Part shown: positions 47,103 through 55,547 of the stretch, in pieces
Position numbering within the stretch: position 1 is the stretch's first letter
Layout of the letters: every line of letters begins with the position of its first letter
Assembly: GCA_965660855.1 (NCBI GenBank)
Contig: CBFIBM010000001.1
Coordinates: 326,705 to 390,704, forward strand
DNA: 64,000 bases
DNA from: an uncultured bacterium
GTDB taxonomy: Bacteria > Fidelibacterota > Marinisomatia > Marinisomatales > UBA1611
Direction: 5' to 3'
Notes under the pieces: generated by a model
The model's database searches: none
Told to the model about the DNA's origin: nothing
Seen by the model: only the letters and a program-made list of their open reading frames with translations
Program-made: the position numbers and the translations under genes

Positions 47103-48455
47103 ATGCAGGTAAATTTTAAAAATACAAGAGAAATCATCTCTAAACATATGCTTGCGGACGGAATGTCTCCTGTAATAGACCTTGAAAAAAGCCATGGATC
47201 GTGGCTTGTTGATGGTAAAAGTGGAAGAAAGTATTTAGATCTATTTTCTATGTTTGCATCTATGTCCATTGGTTACAATCATCCATATGTATTATCTCAG
47301 AAAGAAAGATTAGCCAATGCTGCAATTAATAAGCCAACAAATTCAGATATATATTCACCTGAGATGGCAAAATTTGTTAATACATTTTCAAGAATAGCAC
47401 AACCAGATTACTTACCATATTCGTTTTTTATTGAAGGTGGTGCATTAGCGGTTGAAAATGCTTTAAAAGCAGCTTTTGATTGGAAGGTTAGACTTAACCT
47501 GTCTAAAGGAAAAAGAGAGCAAGGGAATAAAATTATTCATTTTAAAGATTGTTTTCATGGGCGGTCCGGGTATACTATGTCTCTTACTGACTCCCCAGAT
47601 CCCAGAAAAGTTCAGTATTTTCCAAAATTTGATTGGCCCAGGGTAAGTAATCCAGCTATGGTTTTTCCTCTAAATGATAGGAATCTTGACCTCGTTCGTG
47701 AAAATGAGAAAATTTCTATCGATGAAATAAAAAATATAATACATAATTCTGCAGATGATATAGCAGGTTTAATTATTGAACCAATTCAAGGCGAAGGCGG
47801 TGATAATCACTTTCGAAAAGAGTTTTTGATGAAACTTAAGGAATTATCGCTAGAAAATGACTTCCTTTTAATTTTTGATGAAGTTCAAACTGGGATTGGT
47901 ATTACAGGAAAAATGTGGGCTCATCAGAGGTTTGTTGATAATAATTGTTCAATTGGATGTAAAAGCTTTTGTAAAAAAGTCATTCCAGATCTAATGAGTT
48001 TTGGAAAAAAGACTCAAGTGTGTGGAATATTAGGTGGAGAAAGATTAGATGCTATAGAAAATAATGTTTTTAAAGAATCAAGTCGTATAAATTCTACTTT
48101 TGGTGGCAACCTGGTCGATATGGTTCGTTTTACAATTTATTTGGAAGTAATTGAAAATGAAAACCTTCTTCAAAATGCCTATGAAAACGGAAAATATTTA
48201 TTAAAATCAATTGAAACTCTTGAAAATAAATTTTCAGGTCTTGTTTCAAATTCAAGAGGGAAGGGTTTATGGTGTGCTTATGATCTCCCAGATCCTAATA
48301 CACGAGATCGTCTTATTGAACTCATCCATGAAGAGGGAGCTATTATACTTGGTTCTGGGCACCGATCAATTCGATTTAGACCACATCTAAATATTACAAA
48401 AGAAGAGATAGATATAGCAGGAGATATGATGAAATCTGCTCTATTAAAACTTTAA
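47103..48455 (+). CDS. lat: L-lysine 6-transaminase (lysine epsilon-aminotransferase)
   Basis: NKPTNSDIYS, FFIEGGALAVENALKAAFDWK, FHGRSGYT, KFDWPR, EPIQGEGGDNHFR, LIFDEVQTG and FGKKTQVCG closely resemble LAT sequences as I recall them. Confidence 0.85.
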   Translation: MQVNFKNTREIISKHMLADGMSPVIDLEKSHGSWLVDGKSGRKYLDLFSMFASMSIGYNHPYVLSQKERLANAAINKPTNSDIYSPEMAKFVNTFSRIAQPDYLPYSFFIEGGALAVENALKAAFDWKVRLNLSKGKREQGNKIIHFKDCFHGRSGYTMSLTDSPDPRKVQYFPKFDWPRVSNPAMVFPLNDRNLDLVRENEKISIDEIKNIIHNSADDIAGLIIEPIQGEGGDNHFRKEFLMKLKELSLENDFLLIFDEVQTGIGITGKMWAHQRFVDNNCSIGCKSFCKKVIPDLMSFGKKTQVCGILGGERLDAIENNVFKESSRINSTFGGNLVDMVRFTIYLEVIENENLLQNAYENGKYLLKSIETLENKFSGLVSNSRGKGLWCAYDLPDPNTRDRLIELIHEEGAIILGSGHRSIRFRPHLNITKEEIDIAGDMMKSALLKL

Positions 48456-48457
48456 TT

Positions 48458-49156
48458 TTGGATTCTCAATCGGGTATATTATACTTAGTTTCTACTCCAA
48501 TAGGAAACCTTGGTGATATTACATTTAGAGCCATTGAAACGTTGAAGAAAGTTAATGTTATTGCTGCAGAGGACACTAGGCATTCAAGACGTTTATTAAA
48601 TCACTATGGAATAAAAACACCTTTGCTATCATATTATGAGCATAATAGAGATATGAGAATTCCTAAGATAATTGAAACCATAAAGTCTGGTGATAGTGTT
48701 TCATTAATAACGGATGCTGGAACACCTGCAATCTCCGATCCCGCTTATAAATTAGTAAGATTTGCTATTGAGAATAAGATTAAAGTAGAGTCAATACCAG
48801 GTGCATCAGCCGTCTTAGCTTCATTAGTTCCGTCCGGTTTGCCTACGGATAGATTTATCTTTGAAGGATTTCTTCCTCTTAAAAAGGGTAGGATAAAAAG
48901 AATCAAATCTATGCAGGATGAGATCGCTACAATTATTCTTTATGAATCACCAAAAAGATTAACACGGACTTTAAGACAACTTACAGAAATATTAGGGGAT
49001 AGACCGGCAGTGGTTGCGAGGGAATTAACTAAAATTCACGAAGAATATGTTAGAGGAACCTTAAAAGATTTGTATGCTCATTTTATTGAAAAATCTCCAA
49101 AAGGAGAATGCGTAATTTTAATTGGAAAAAAGGATGAGAATGTCCACTTCAATTAA
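48458..49156 (+). CDS. rsmI: 16S rRNA (cytidine1402-2'-O)-methyltransferase RsmI
   Basis: LYLVSTPIGNLGDITFRA, IAAEDTRHSRRLL and TDAGTPAISDP. TTG start. Confidence 0.9.
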   Translation: MDSQSGILYLVSTPIGNLGDITFRAIETLKKVNVIAAEDTRHSRRLLNHYGIKTPLLSYYEHNRDMRIPKIIETIKSGDSVSLITDAGTPAISDPAYKLVRFAIENKIKVESIPGASAVLASLVPSGLPTDRFIFEGFLPLKKGRIKRIKSMQDEIATIILYESPKRLTRTLRQLTEILGDRPAVVARELTKIHEEYVRGTLKDLYAHFIEKSPKGECVILIGKKDENVHFN

Positions 49157-49760
49157 GTCAGTTTTTATATCTTTTGAAGGGATTGATGGTTGTGGAAAAT
49201 CAACCCAGGTAAAATTACTCATGAAAAAACTTTATGATCAAAAAATCAAAGCTATTTTAGTAAGGGAACCAGGAAGTTCTAAAATTGCTGAAGATATAAG
49301 ATCAATTTTATTAGATAATAAAAATAGTGATATGTCAAGTCAAACAGAAGCACTCCTAATGACTGCATCGAGAGCACAACTTACTAGAGAAGTAATTATT
49401 CCAAAATTAGAGGATGGCTATGTTATAGTTGCCGATCGATTTCAAGATTCCACTATTGCTTATCAAGGTGGAGGAAGAGGTTTGGATGTATCTTTTCTTA
49501 GAAATTTAAATTTATTTGCAACTGAAAAACTAGTTCCTGATTTGACATTTTATTTGGATGTTACAGTAGAGGAAGGCTATAGAAGAGTAAATAAAAAAAT
49601 ATTTGATCGTATTGAAAATGCTGGAAAACATTTTCAATCTAGAGTGAGAACAGAATACTTAAAGTTAGTAGAAAAAGAACCTAATAGAGTTATTTTAGTA
49701 GATGGTAATGATTCTGTAGAAAAAATACATTCTATTATTTGGAATAAAATATCAAATTAA
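49140..49760 (+). CDS. tmk: Thymidylate kinase
   Basis: FISFEGIDGCGKSTQ P-loop, DRF, YQGGGRG. I prefer ATG 49140 (AAGGA SD 6 nt upstream) over the TTG at 49122. It overlaps the rsmI end. Confidence 0.9.
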   Translation: MSTSIKSVFISFEGIDGCGKSTQVKLLMKKLYDQKIKAILVREPGSSKIAEDIRSILLDNKNSDMSSQTEALLMTASRAQLTREVIIPKLEDGYVIVADRFQDSTIAYQGGGRGLDVSFLRNLNLFATEKLVPDLTFYLDVTVEEGYRRVNKKIFDRIENAGKHFQSRVRTEYLKLVEKEPNRVILVDGNDSVEKIHSIIWNKISN

Positions 49761-49775
49761 AGAGTTAACAATTAA

Positions 49776-51401
49776 ATGCTAAATATTTACAAAATTTCTA
49801 TAATTATAATAATCAATTTAAATTTTATTTATCCAAGTAAAAATGTCTACAAACAGGTTAGAAAAAATCAATCTTTAATTAATGACGTCTATCGACATTT
49901 AGTTACTAATTATGTTGATGATATTGATTTAGACACGTTTACAAAATTAAGTATAAATAATATGCTTCTTGAATTAGACCCCTACACAGTCTACATGGAA
50001 GATGAAGAAAAAAGTGGCATAGAAATGTTAACTAAAGGAAAATACGGAGGTGTAGGAATTCAAATTGGTAAAAGAGAAAAGGTATTAACTGTAATCTCCC
50101 CAATGGAGGATTCACCAGCAAAAAAAGCTGGAATCATGAGTGGAGATAAAATTATAAAAATAGATCAACAAGATACTGAAAATTTATCAATGGATGATGC
50201 TGCTAAATTAATTCGAGGACAAAAAGGTACAAACATTACATTAAGTATAAAAAGATACGGTGAAAATGAACTAATTGACTTTGATTTAAAAAGAGAAAAT
50301 ATTAAAGTGAAAGATGTCTCATTTTCTGGTAAATTAGATGAATCAACCGGTTACATTCGACTAACAAGGTTTTCAAGAAATTCAGATAATGAGTTAAAAA
50401 TATCTATCGAAAAACTTTTAGAAGACAAAATAGATGGTTTGATAATAGATTTGAGAGATAACCCAGGCGGGCTATTAAATGCTGCTGTGAATATACTAGA
50501 TTTATTTACTCCAGAAAATCAGTTATTAGTTTGGACTGAGGGGAAAACACAAAAGTCTCAAAAAAAATATTTAAGTAAGAATCCAGCATTAGTACCTGAA
50601 GATTTAAAAGTTACTGTTTTAGTTAATCAGGGTAGTGCATCAGCTAGTGAAATTGTTGCGGGCGTTCTACAAGACCTTGATAGAGCAGTTGTTATTGGTA
50701 GGTCAACATTTGGAAAAGGTTTGGTTCAAACTGTTTATAATATCGATAGAGATAGATCTCTGAAAATAACCACAGCAAAATATTATATTCCGAGCGGACG
50801 TTTAATTCAAAAACCGGGATATCTACCAGATGAAATATTAGCGGATACTTCAAAACAAGATACTCTTTTTTACACTAAAAGTGGTAGGAAAGTTTCGGGT
50901 GCAGGTGGAATAGTTCCAGATTATGAAATTGAATTAGATAAGATAAGTCCAATATTATCTGCATCATGGAGGCAAGGTCTCTTTTTTAATTTTGTCCAGA
51001 AAAATAAGATGAACTATGAACAATTTTCAGATGTATTAAAAGATAATGACCTAATGAATAAATTTGAAGAGTATATTTACTCAAATGACCTAGATATTTA
51101 TATGAAAGGAGAGTATAAGTATTTAGAAATGAAAGAACTAATGTTAGAATTAGATTCAACTAGTGTTCAGATACAAGGTGGTTTAGATATTTTGGATTCT
51201 TATTTTGAAGAAATGGCATTAACTCAATTTGAGAAGGAAAAAGATAAACTTAGCCATCATCTAGTAGTTGAATTCGCAGATCATTTTAACGGTACAAAAG
51301 CAAAAACAAAATTAATGGCTGAAAAAGACAAAGATATAATTAAAGCTTTAGAAATTATGGAAGATCAAATGTCCTATAAAAATGTATTTATTCCTCAATA
51401 A
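49776..51401 (+). CDS. S41 family C-terminal processing peptidase with PDZ domain
   Basis: PDZ (SPAKKAGIMSGDKIIKID), then DLRDNPGGLL, GSASASEI (catalytic Ser) and GKGLVQ (Lys). Confidence 0.9.
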   Translation: MLNIYKISIIIIINLNFIYPSKNVYKQVRKNQSLINDVYRHLVTNYVDDIDLDTFTKLSINNMLLELDPYTVYMEDEEKSGIEMLTKGKYGGVGIQIGKREKVLTVISPMEDSPAKKAGIMSGDKIIKIDQQDTENLSMDDAAKLIRGQKGTNITLSIKRYGENELIDFDLKRENIKVKDVSFSGKLDESTGYIRLTRFSRNSDNELKISIEKLLEDKIDGLIIDLRDNPGGLLNAAVNILDLFTPENQLLVWTEGKTQKSQKKYLSKNPALVPEDLKVTVLVNQGSASASEIVAGVLQDLDRAVVIGRSTFGKGLVQTVYNIDRDRSLKITTAKYYIPSGRLIQKPGYLPDEILADTSKQDTLFYTKSGRKVSGAGGIVPDYEIELDKISPILSASWRQGLFFNFVQKNKMNYEQFSDVLKDNDLMNKFEEYIYSNDLDIYMKGEYKYLEMKELMLELDSTSVQIQGGLDILDSYFEEMALTQFEKEKDKLSHHLVVEFADHFNGTKAKTKLMAEKDKDIIKALEIMEDQMSYKNVFIPQ

Positions 51402-51448
51402 TATATATTATTTAATAAAAAACTTATATTAATTTCTGTTTAAATATA

Positions 51449-51522
51449 GGGCGATTAGCTCAGTTGGTTAGAGCGCTACGTTGACATCGTAGAGGTCGGC
51501 GGTTCGACTCCGTCATCGCCCA
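51449..51522 (+). tRNA. tRNA-Val (anticodon GAC)
   Basis: Acceptor GGGCGAT/ATCGCCC, D-arm GCTC-AGTTGGTTA-GAGC, anticodon stem CTACG/CGTAG with loop TTGACAT, and T-arm GGCGG-TTCGACT-CCGTC. No CCA is encoded. Confidence 0.9.
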
Positions 51523-51529
51523 CTACATA

Positions 51530-53476
51530 ATGAAAAAAATAAAAATAACATTACCAGATAATTCAATAAAAGAAGTAGATCATGGATCCACTCCATCTGA
51601 TGTAGCTCTTCAGATTGGTCCTGGGTTAGCACGATCTGTTGTTGTTGCAAAAGCTAATAATGTTTTGGTAGATCTTAATATACCTTTGACCGAAGATTGT
51701 AATCTTCAATTATTTAATGGTGAAACAGAAGAAGGACATGATACCTTATTACATTCTACAGCGCATTTAATGGCACAAGCAGTTAAAGAAATATATCCAA
51801 ATGCAAAAGTAACTATTGGGCCAACTATTCAAAACGGATTTTATTATGATTTCGATGTAGACACTCCATTCACTGAAAAAAATCTTGAAGAAATTGAATT
51901 GAAAATGAAAGAGCTTGCAAAATCATCTCAAGAAATTATTCGCGATGAAATATCTGTTGATGAGGCAATAGAGAAATTTGAAGAAATGGGAGAGTCATAT
52001 AAAGTTGATATTGTTAAGAACATAGATAAAAGTGAAATTCTCTCTACATATACTCAAACTAATTTCATGGACCTTTGTAGAGGTCCACATGTATCAAATA
52101 CATCGAAGATCAAATATTTTAAGCTCACTTCAACCTCTGGCGCATATTGGCGTGGAGATGAAAAGAATAAGATGCTACAGAGAATTTATGGTACAGTTTT
52201 TTCAAATAAAGATCTTTTGAAAAAGCATCTTCAAAACCTGGAAGAAGCAAAAAAAAGAGATCACAGAAAACTAGGTAAGGAGCTAAGTATTTATTTATTT
52301 GATGATGAAATTGGTTCTGGCCTACCTTTGTGGTTGCCAAATGGTACGATTATTATTGAAGAATTAGAAAAGTTAGCTAAAGAAACAGAGCAGAAAGCAA
52401 GTTATCAACGCGTTCGTACTCCTCATCTTACAAAAGGATCTCTTTATGATAAATCAGGTCATTTAGAACATTATAAAGACTCAATGTATCCAGCTATGGA
52501 TATTGATGGAACTGAATATTATATCAAACCTATGAATTGCCCTCATCATCATAAAATTTATTCATCTTCCCCAAAAAGCTACAGAGATCTACCTGTAAGG
52601 CTAGCTGAATATGGAACATGCTATAGATATGAAAAGTCAGGGCAATTATTTGGATTAATGAGAGTTAGAAGTTTACAAATGAATGATGCTCATATCTATT
52701 GTACAAAAGATCAATTTAAAGATGAATTTTTAGCTGTATGTAATATGTACCTTGAATATTTTAAAATATTTGATATTCAAAAATATTCAATGAGACTCAG
52801 TTTGCATAGTAACGAGGGTCTAGGTGAAAAATATGTAAATAATCCTGAACTTTGGGAGAAGACAGAATCTTGGGTTAGGGAAGTTCTGGTTGATGGTGGC
52901 TTTGATTTTGTTGAATCGAAGGGTGAAGCTGCTTTTTACGGACCCAAAATTGATGTTCAAGTATGGAGCGCAGTTGGAAAAGAATTTACTTTAGCAACTA
53001 ATCAGGTAGATTTTGCTGTTCCGGAAAAATTCAACTTAACCTACAAAGATGAAAAAGGTCTAGAAAAAACCCCTCTATGTATTCATAGGGCTCCACTTGG
53101 CACCCATGAAAGGTTTATTGGATTTCTTATTGAACATTTTGGAGGTAATTTCCCACTCTGGTTAGCACCAATACAAGTTGCTGTTCTTCCAGTATCTGAT
53201 AAAGTGTTAGATTATGCAAATATCATAGTAGAAGAATTAAAATCCATAAATATAAGGGTTGATTTAAATAGTAAGTCTGAAAAAATAGGTTCAAAAATAA
53301 GACAAGCTGAATTAAATAAAATAAATATAATGCTTATTTTGGGTGAAAAAGAAAAAAATGAAAAAACTGTATCTTTAAGGAGACGTTTTGATGGAGATAT
53401 GGGTAAATTACACTTAAATGAATTAAAAGAAATATTATTAACTGAAATAAAAAACAGGAGGCTTACTCATAGCTAA
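51530..53476 (+). CDS. thrS: Threonyl-tRNA synthetase
   Basis: 648 aa with a TGS N-domain (ITLPDNS), editing-domain HSTAHL, class II core (CPHHHKIY, RVRSLQMNDAHIY) and an anticodon-binding C-domain. Confidence 0.97.
   Translation: MKKIKITLPDNSIKEVDHGSTPSDVALQIGPGLARSVVVAKANNVLVDLNIPLTEDCNLQLFNGETEEGHDTLLHSTAHLMAQAVKEIYPNAKVTIGPTIQNGFYYDFDVDTPFTEKNLEEIELKMKELAKSSQEIIRDEISVDEAIEKFEEMGESYKVDIVKNIDKSEILSTYTQTNFMDLCRGPHVSNTSKIKYFKLTSTSGAYWRGDEKNKMLQRIYGTVFSNKDLLKKHLQNLEEAKKRDHRKLGKELSIYLFDDEIGSGLPLWLPNGTIIIEELEKLAKETEQKASYQRVRTPHLTKGSLYDKSGHLEHYKDSMYPAMDIDGTEYYIKPMNCPHHHKIYSSSPKSYRDLPVRLAEYGTCYRYEKSGQLFGLMRVRSLQMNDAHIYCTKDQFKDEFLAVCNMYLEYFKIFDIQKYSMRLSLHSNEGLGEKYVNNPELWEKTESWVREVLVDGGFDFVESKGEAAFYGPKIDVQVWSAVGKEFTLATNQVDFAVPEKFNLTYKDEKGLEKTPLCIHRAPLGTHERFIGFLIEHFGGNFPLWLAPIQVAVLPVSDKVLDYANIIVEELKSINIRVDLNSKSEKIGSKIRQAELNKINIMLILGEKEKNEKTVSLRRRFDGDMGKLHLNELKEILLTEIKNRRLTHS
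53456..53471 (+). promoter_or_regulatory. infC translation initiation region: AGGAGG Shine-Dalgarno plus non-AUG (ATA) start inside the thrS 3' end
   Basis: AGGAGG lies at 53456-53461, with 7 nt spacing to ATA at 53469-53471. The IF-3 reading frame is open from here and there is no in-frame ATG/GTG/TTG before conserved IF-3 N-domain residues. Confidence 0.5.
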
Positions 53477-53981
53477 AAAGCAAAAGCAACGTATAAATAA
53501 TGATATTACTTCCATTGAAGTAAGGTTAATTGGACAAGATGGTGAACAGTTCGGTGTTGTTCCTATTGAAGTTGCACTAAATAAAGCCCAAGATTTTGGT
53601 CTAGATCTTATGGAAGTTTCGCCTAATGCAAAACCTCCAGTTTGTAAAATTGTAGATCATGGAAAACTAAAATACGAAGAGAAAAAGAAACAGCAAATTA
53701 ATAAAAAAAAGCAACACGTTGTTAAATTAAAAGAGATTAGACTCAGGCCAAGAATTGAAGAACATGATCTTATGACTAAATTAAATCATGGCAGAAAATT
53801 TCTTTCCGAAGGAGCTAAACTTAAAGTAACTTTGATGTTTCGTGGGCGTGAGTTAGCACGAATTGACTTAGGAAAAATTGTAATGAATAGAGTTTTAGAA
53901 GAATTGGCAGATGTGGCTGAGGTTGAAAAGGATATTCCCCTTGAAGGCCGACGCATGTCAATGATCCTTAATGCTAAATAG
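53469..53981 (+). CDS. infC: Translation initiation factor IF-3 (non-canonical ATA start)
   Basis: The ORF track starts only at internal M 53610. In-frame upstream codons read (I)AKKQKQRINNDITSIEVRLIGQDGEQFGVVPIEVALNKAQDFGLDLMEVSPNAKPPVCKI, which is the conserved IF-3 N-domain. IF-3 genes classically use AUU/AUA-type starts. Confidence 0.85.
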   Translation: MAKKQKQRINNDITSIEVRLIGQDGEQFGVVPIEVALNKAQDFGLDLMEVSPNAKPPVCKIVDHGKLKYEEKKKQQINKKKQHVVKLKEIRLRPRIEEHDLMTKLNHGRKFLSEGAKLKVTLMFRGRELARIDLGKIVMNRVLEELADVAEVEKDIPLEGRRMSMILNAK

Positions 53982-53990
53982 GAGTACTGG

Positions 53991-54185
53991 ATGCCTAAAA
54001 TGAAAACAAGGCGCGGAGCCGCGAAGCGGTTTAAAATCTCAGGTTCCGGCAGGATTAAACGAAACAAAGCAAACCATAGACATATGCTAGTTCGCAGATC
54101 AAACAAGGTAAAGAGAAAAATGAGGCAGACAGGTGTTCTAGCACCAGGTGACCTTAAACTTGTTAAAGCGATGCTAGGCGTCTAA
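53991..54185 (+). CDS. rpmI: 50S ribosomal protein L35
   Basis: MPKMKTRRGAAKRFKISGSGRIKR; 64 aa. Confidence 0.95.
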   Translation: MPKMKTRRGAAKRFKISGSGRIKRNKANHRHMLVRRSNKVKRKMRQTGVLAPGDLKLVKAMLGV

Positions 54186-54204
54186 AAACTGGAGACGATA
54201 AAAT

Positions 54205-54549
54205 ATGCCAAGAGCAAATAGTTCCGTTCCACGACATCGTCGTCATCGGAAAATCGTCAAGCAGGCCAAAGGCTACTATGGTGCCCGGAGCCGCACATTT
54301 AAATCTGCAAAAGATGCAGTGGTTAAAGCAGGTCTCTATGCATATAGAGATAGGCGTCAGAGGAAGCGGATGTTCCGCAGACTCTGGATCACAAGAATCA
54401 ATGCAGCGTGCCGGCTTAATGGTACTACGTATTCAATATTTATAAATGGTCTGAAGACAAAAGGTATTGACTTGGATCGGAAAATTCTAGCTGACATGGC
54501 CGTGAATGATCCGCAAGCCTTTACCGCATTGACAGTATCAGTTAAGTAG
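54205..54549 (+). CDS. rplT: 50S ribosomal protein L20
   Basis: [30 protein letters not shown]...[11 protein letters not shown]; 114 aa. Confidence 0.95.
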   Translation: MPRANSSVPRHRRHRKIVKQAKGYYGARSRTFKSAKDAVVKAGLYAYRDRRQRKRMFRRLWITRINAACRLNGTTYSIFINGLKTKGIDLDRKILADMAVNDPQAFTALTVSVK

Positions 54550-54554
54550 CTGGT

Positions 54555-55547
54555 ATGTCAATTCAGGAACAACTCGATTCGGTCAGGAATGATTTTCTGA
54601 CCGATATCGAATCCTTTTCCAAAAACCCCAAGGAAGTTAGTGAACTTAAATTTAAATACTTAGGCCGCAAAGGAAAGGTAGCTTCTTTATTCTCCCTGAT
54701 AGGTAAGGCTAGTCACATTGAGAGACCATTGCTTGGACAAAAATTAAATGCACTTAAGAAAGAATTATCTAGTGTAATCGAAGAAAAAGAACTGTCTTTT
54801 GCGAATAGCAATAACTCTGTAAATGTATCAAAAAGAGATTTTACTCTACCTGGTCGTATACAACCTAGTGGTTCTCTACATATACTTGAACAAACTTTAT
54901 CCGAAATAAAAGAGATCTTTAAAAGTATAGGATTTCATATTGCATATGGTCAAGAAGTAGACGATGAGTACCATAATTTTACAGCCTTAAATGTTCCTGA
55001 ACATCATCCATCAAGAGATATGCAAGATACGTTTTTTATTAACCCTGAGATTGTTTTAAGGTCTCATACTTCAAATGTCCAAATACACTTAATGGAATCA
55101 TTGGATCCTCCAATTAAATTTATTGTACCGGGACGTGTATATCGAAATGAATCAATAAGTTATAAAAGCTATTGTCTATTTCATCAAGTAGAAGGTATTT
55201 ATATTAATAATAAAGTCTCATTTTCAGAATTAAAAGGATGTTTGGAATATTTTATAAAACAAATGTTTGGTTCAAATAAAAAAATGCGATTCAGACCATC
55301 TTTTTTCCCTTTTACTGAGCCTAGTGGGGAGGTTGATATATGGGATGATGAAAGAAAACAATGGATGGAGATACTTGGTTGTGGAATGGTTGATCCTAAT
55401 GTACTTGAAAATGTTGGATATGATTCTAAGAAATGGAAAGGTTATGCATTTGGTATGGGAGTTGAGAGAATTGCAATGCTAAAATATAAAATTGATGACA
55501 TTAGGTTATTTTATAATGGTGACATAAGATTTTTGGAACAATTTTGA
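54555..55547 (+). CDS. pheS: Phenylalanyl-tRNA synthetase alpha subunit
   Basis: HPSRDMQDTFF, LRSHTSNVQ, GRVYRNE, FFPFTEPS and GMGVERIAML class II motifs. Confidence 0.95.
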   Translation: MSIQEQLDSVRNDFLTDIESFSKNPKEVSELKFKYLGRKGKVASLFSLIGKASHIERPLLGQKLNALKKELSSVIEEKELSFANSNNSVNVSKRDFTLPGRIQPSGSLHILEQTLSEIKEIFKSIGFHIAYGQEVDDEYHNFTALNVPEHHPSRDMQDTFFINPEIVLRSHTSNVQIHLMESLDPPIKFIVPGRVYRNESISYKSYCLFHQVEGIYINNKVSFSELKGCLEYFIKQMFGSNKKMRFRPSFFPFTEPSGEVDIWDDERKQWMEILGCGMVDPNVLENVGYDSKKWKGYAFGMGVERIAMLKYKIDDIRLFYNGDIRFLEQF

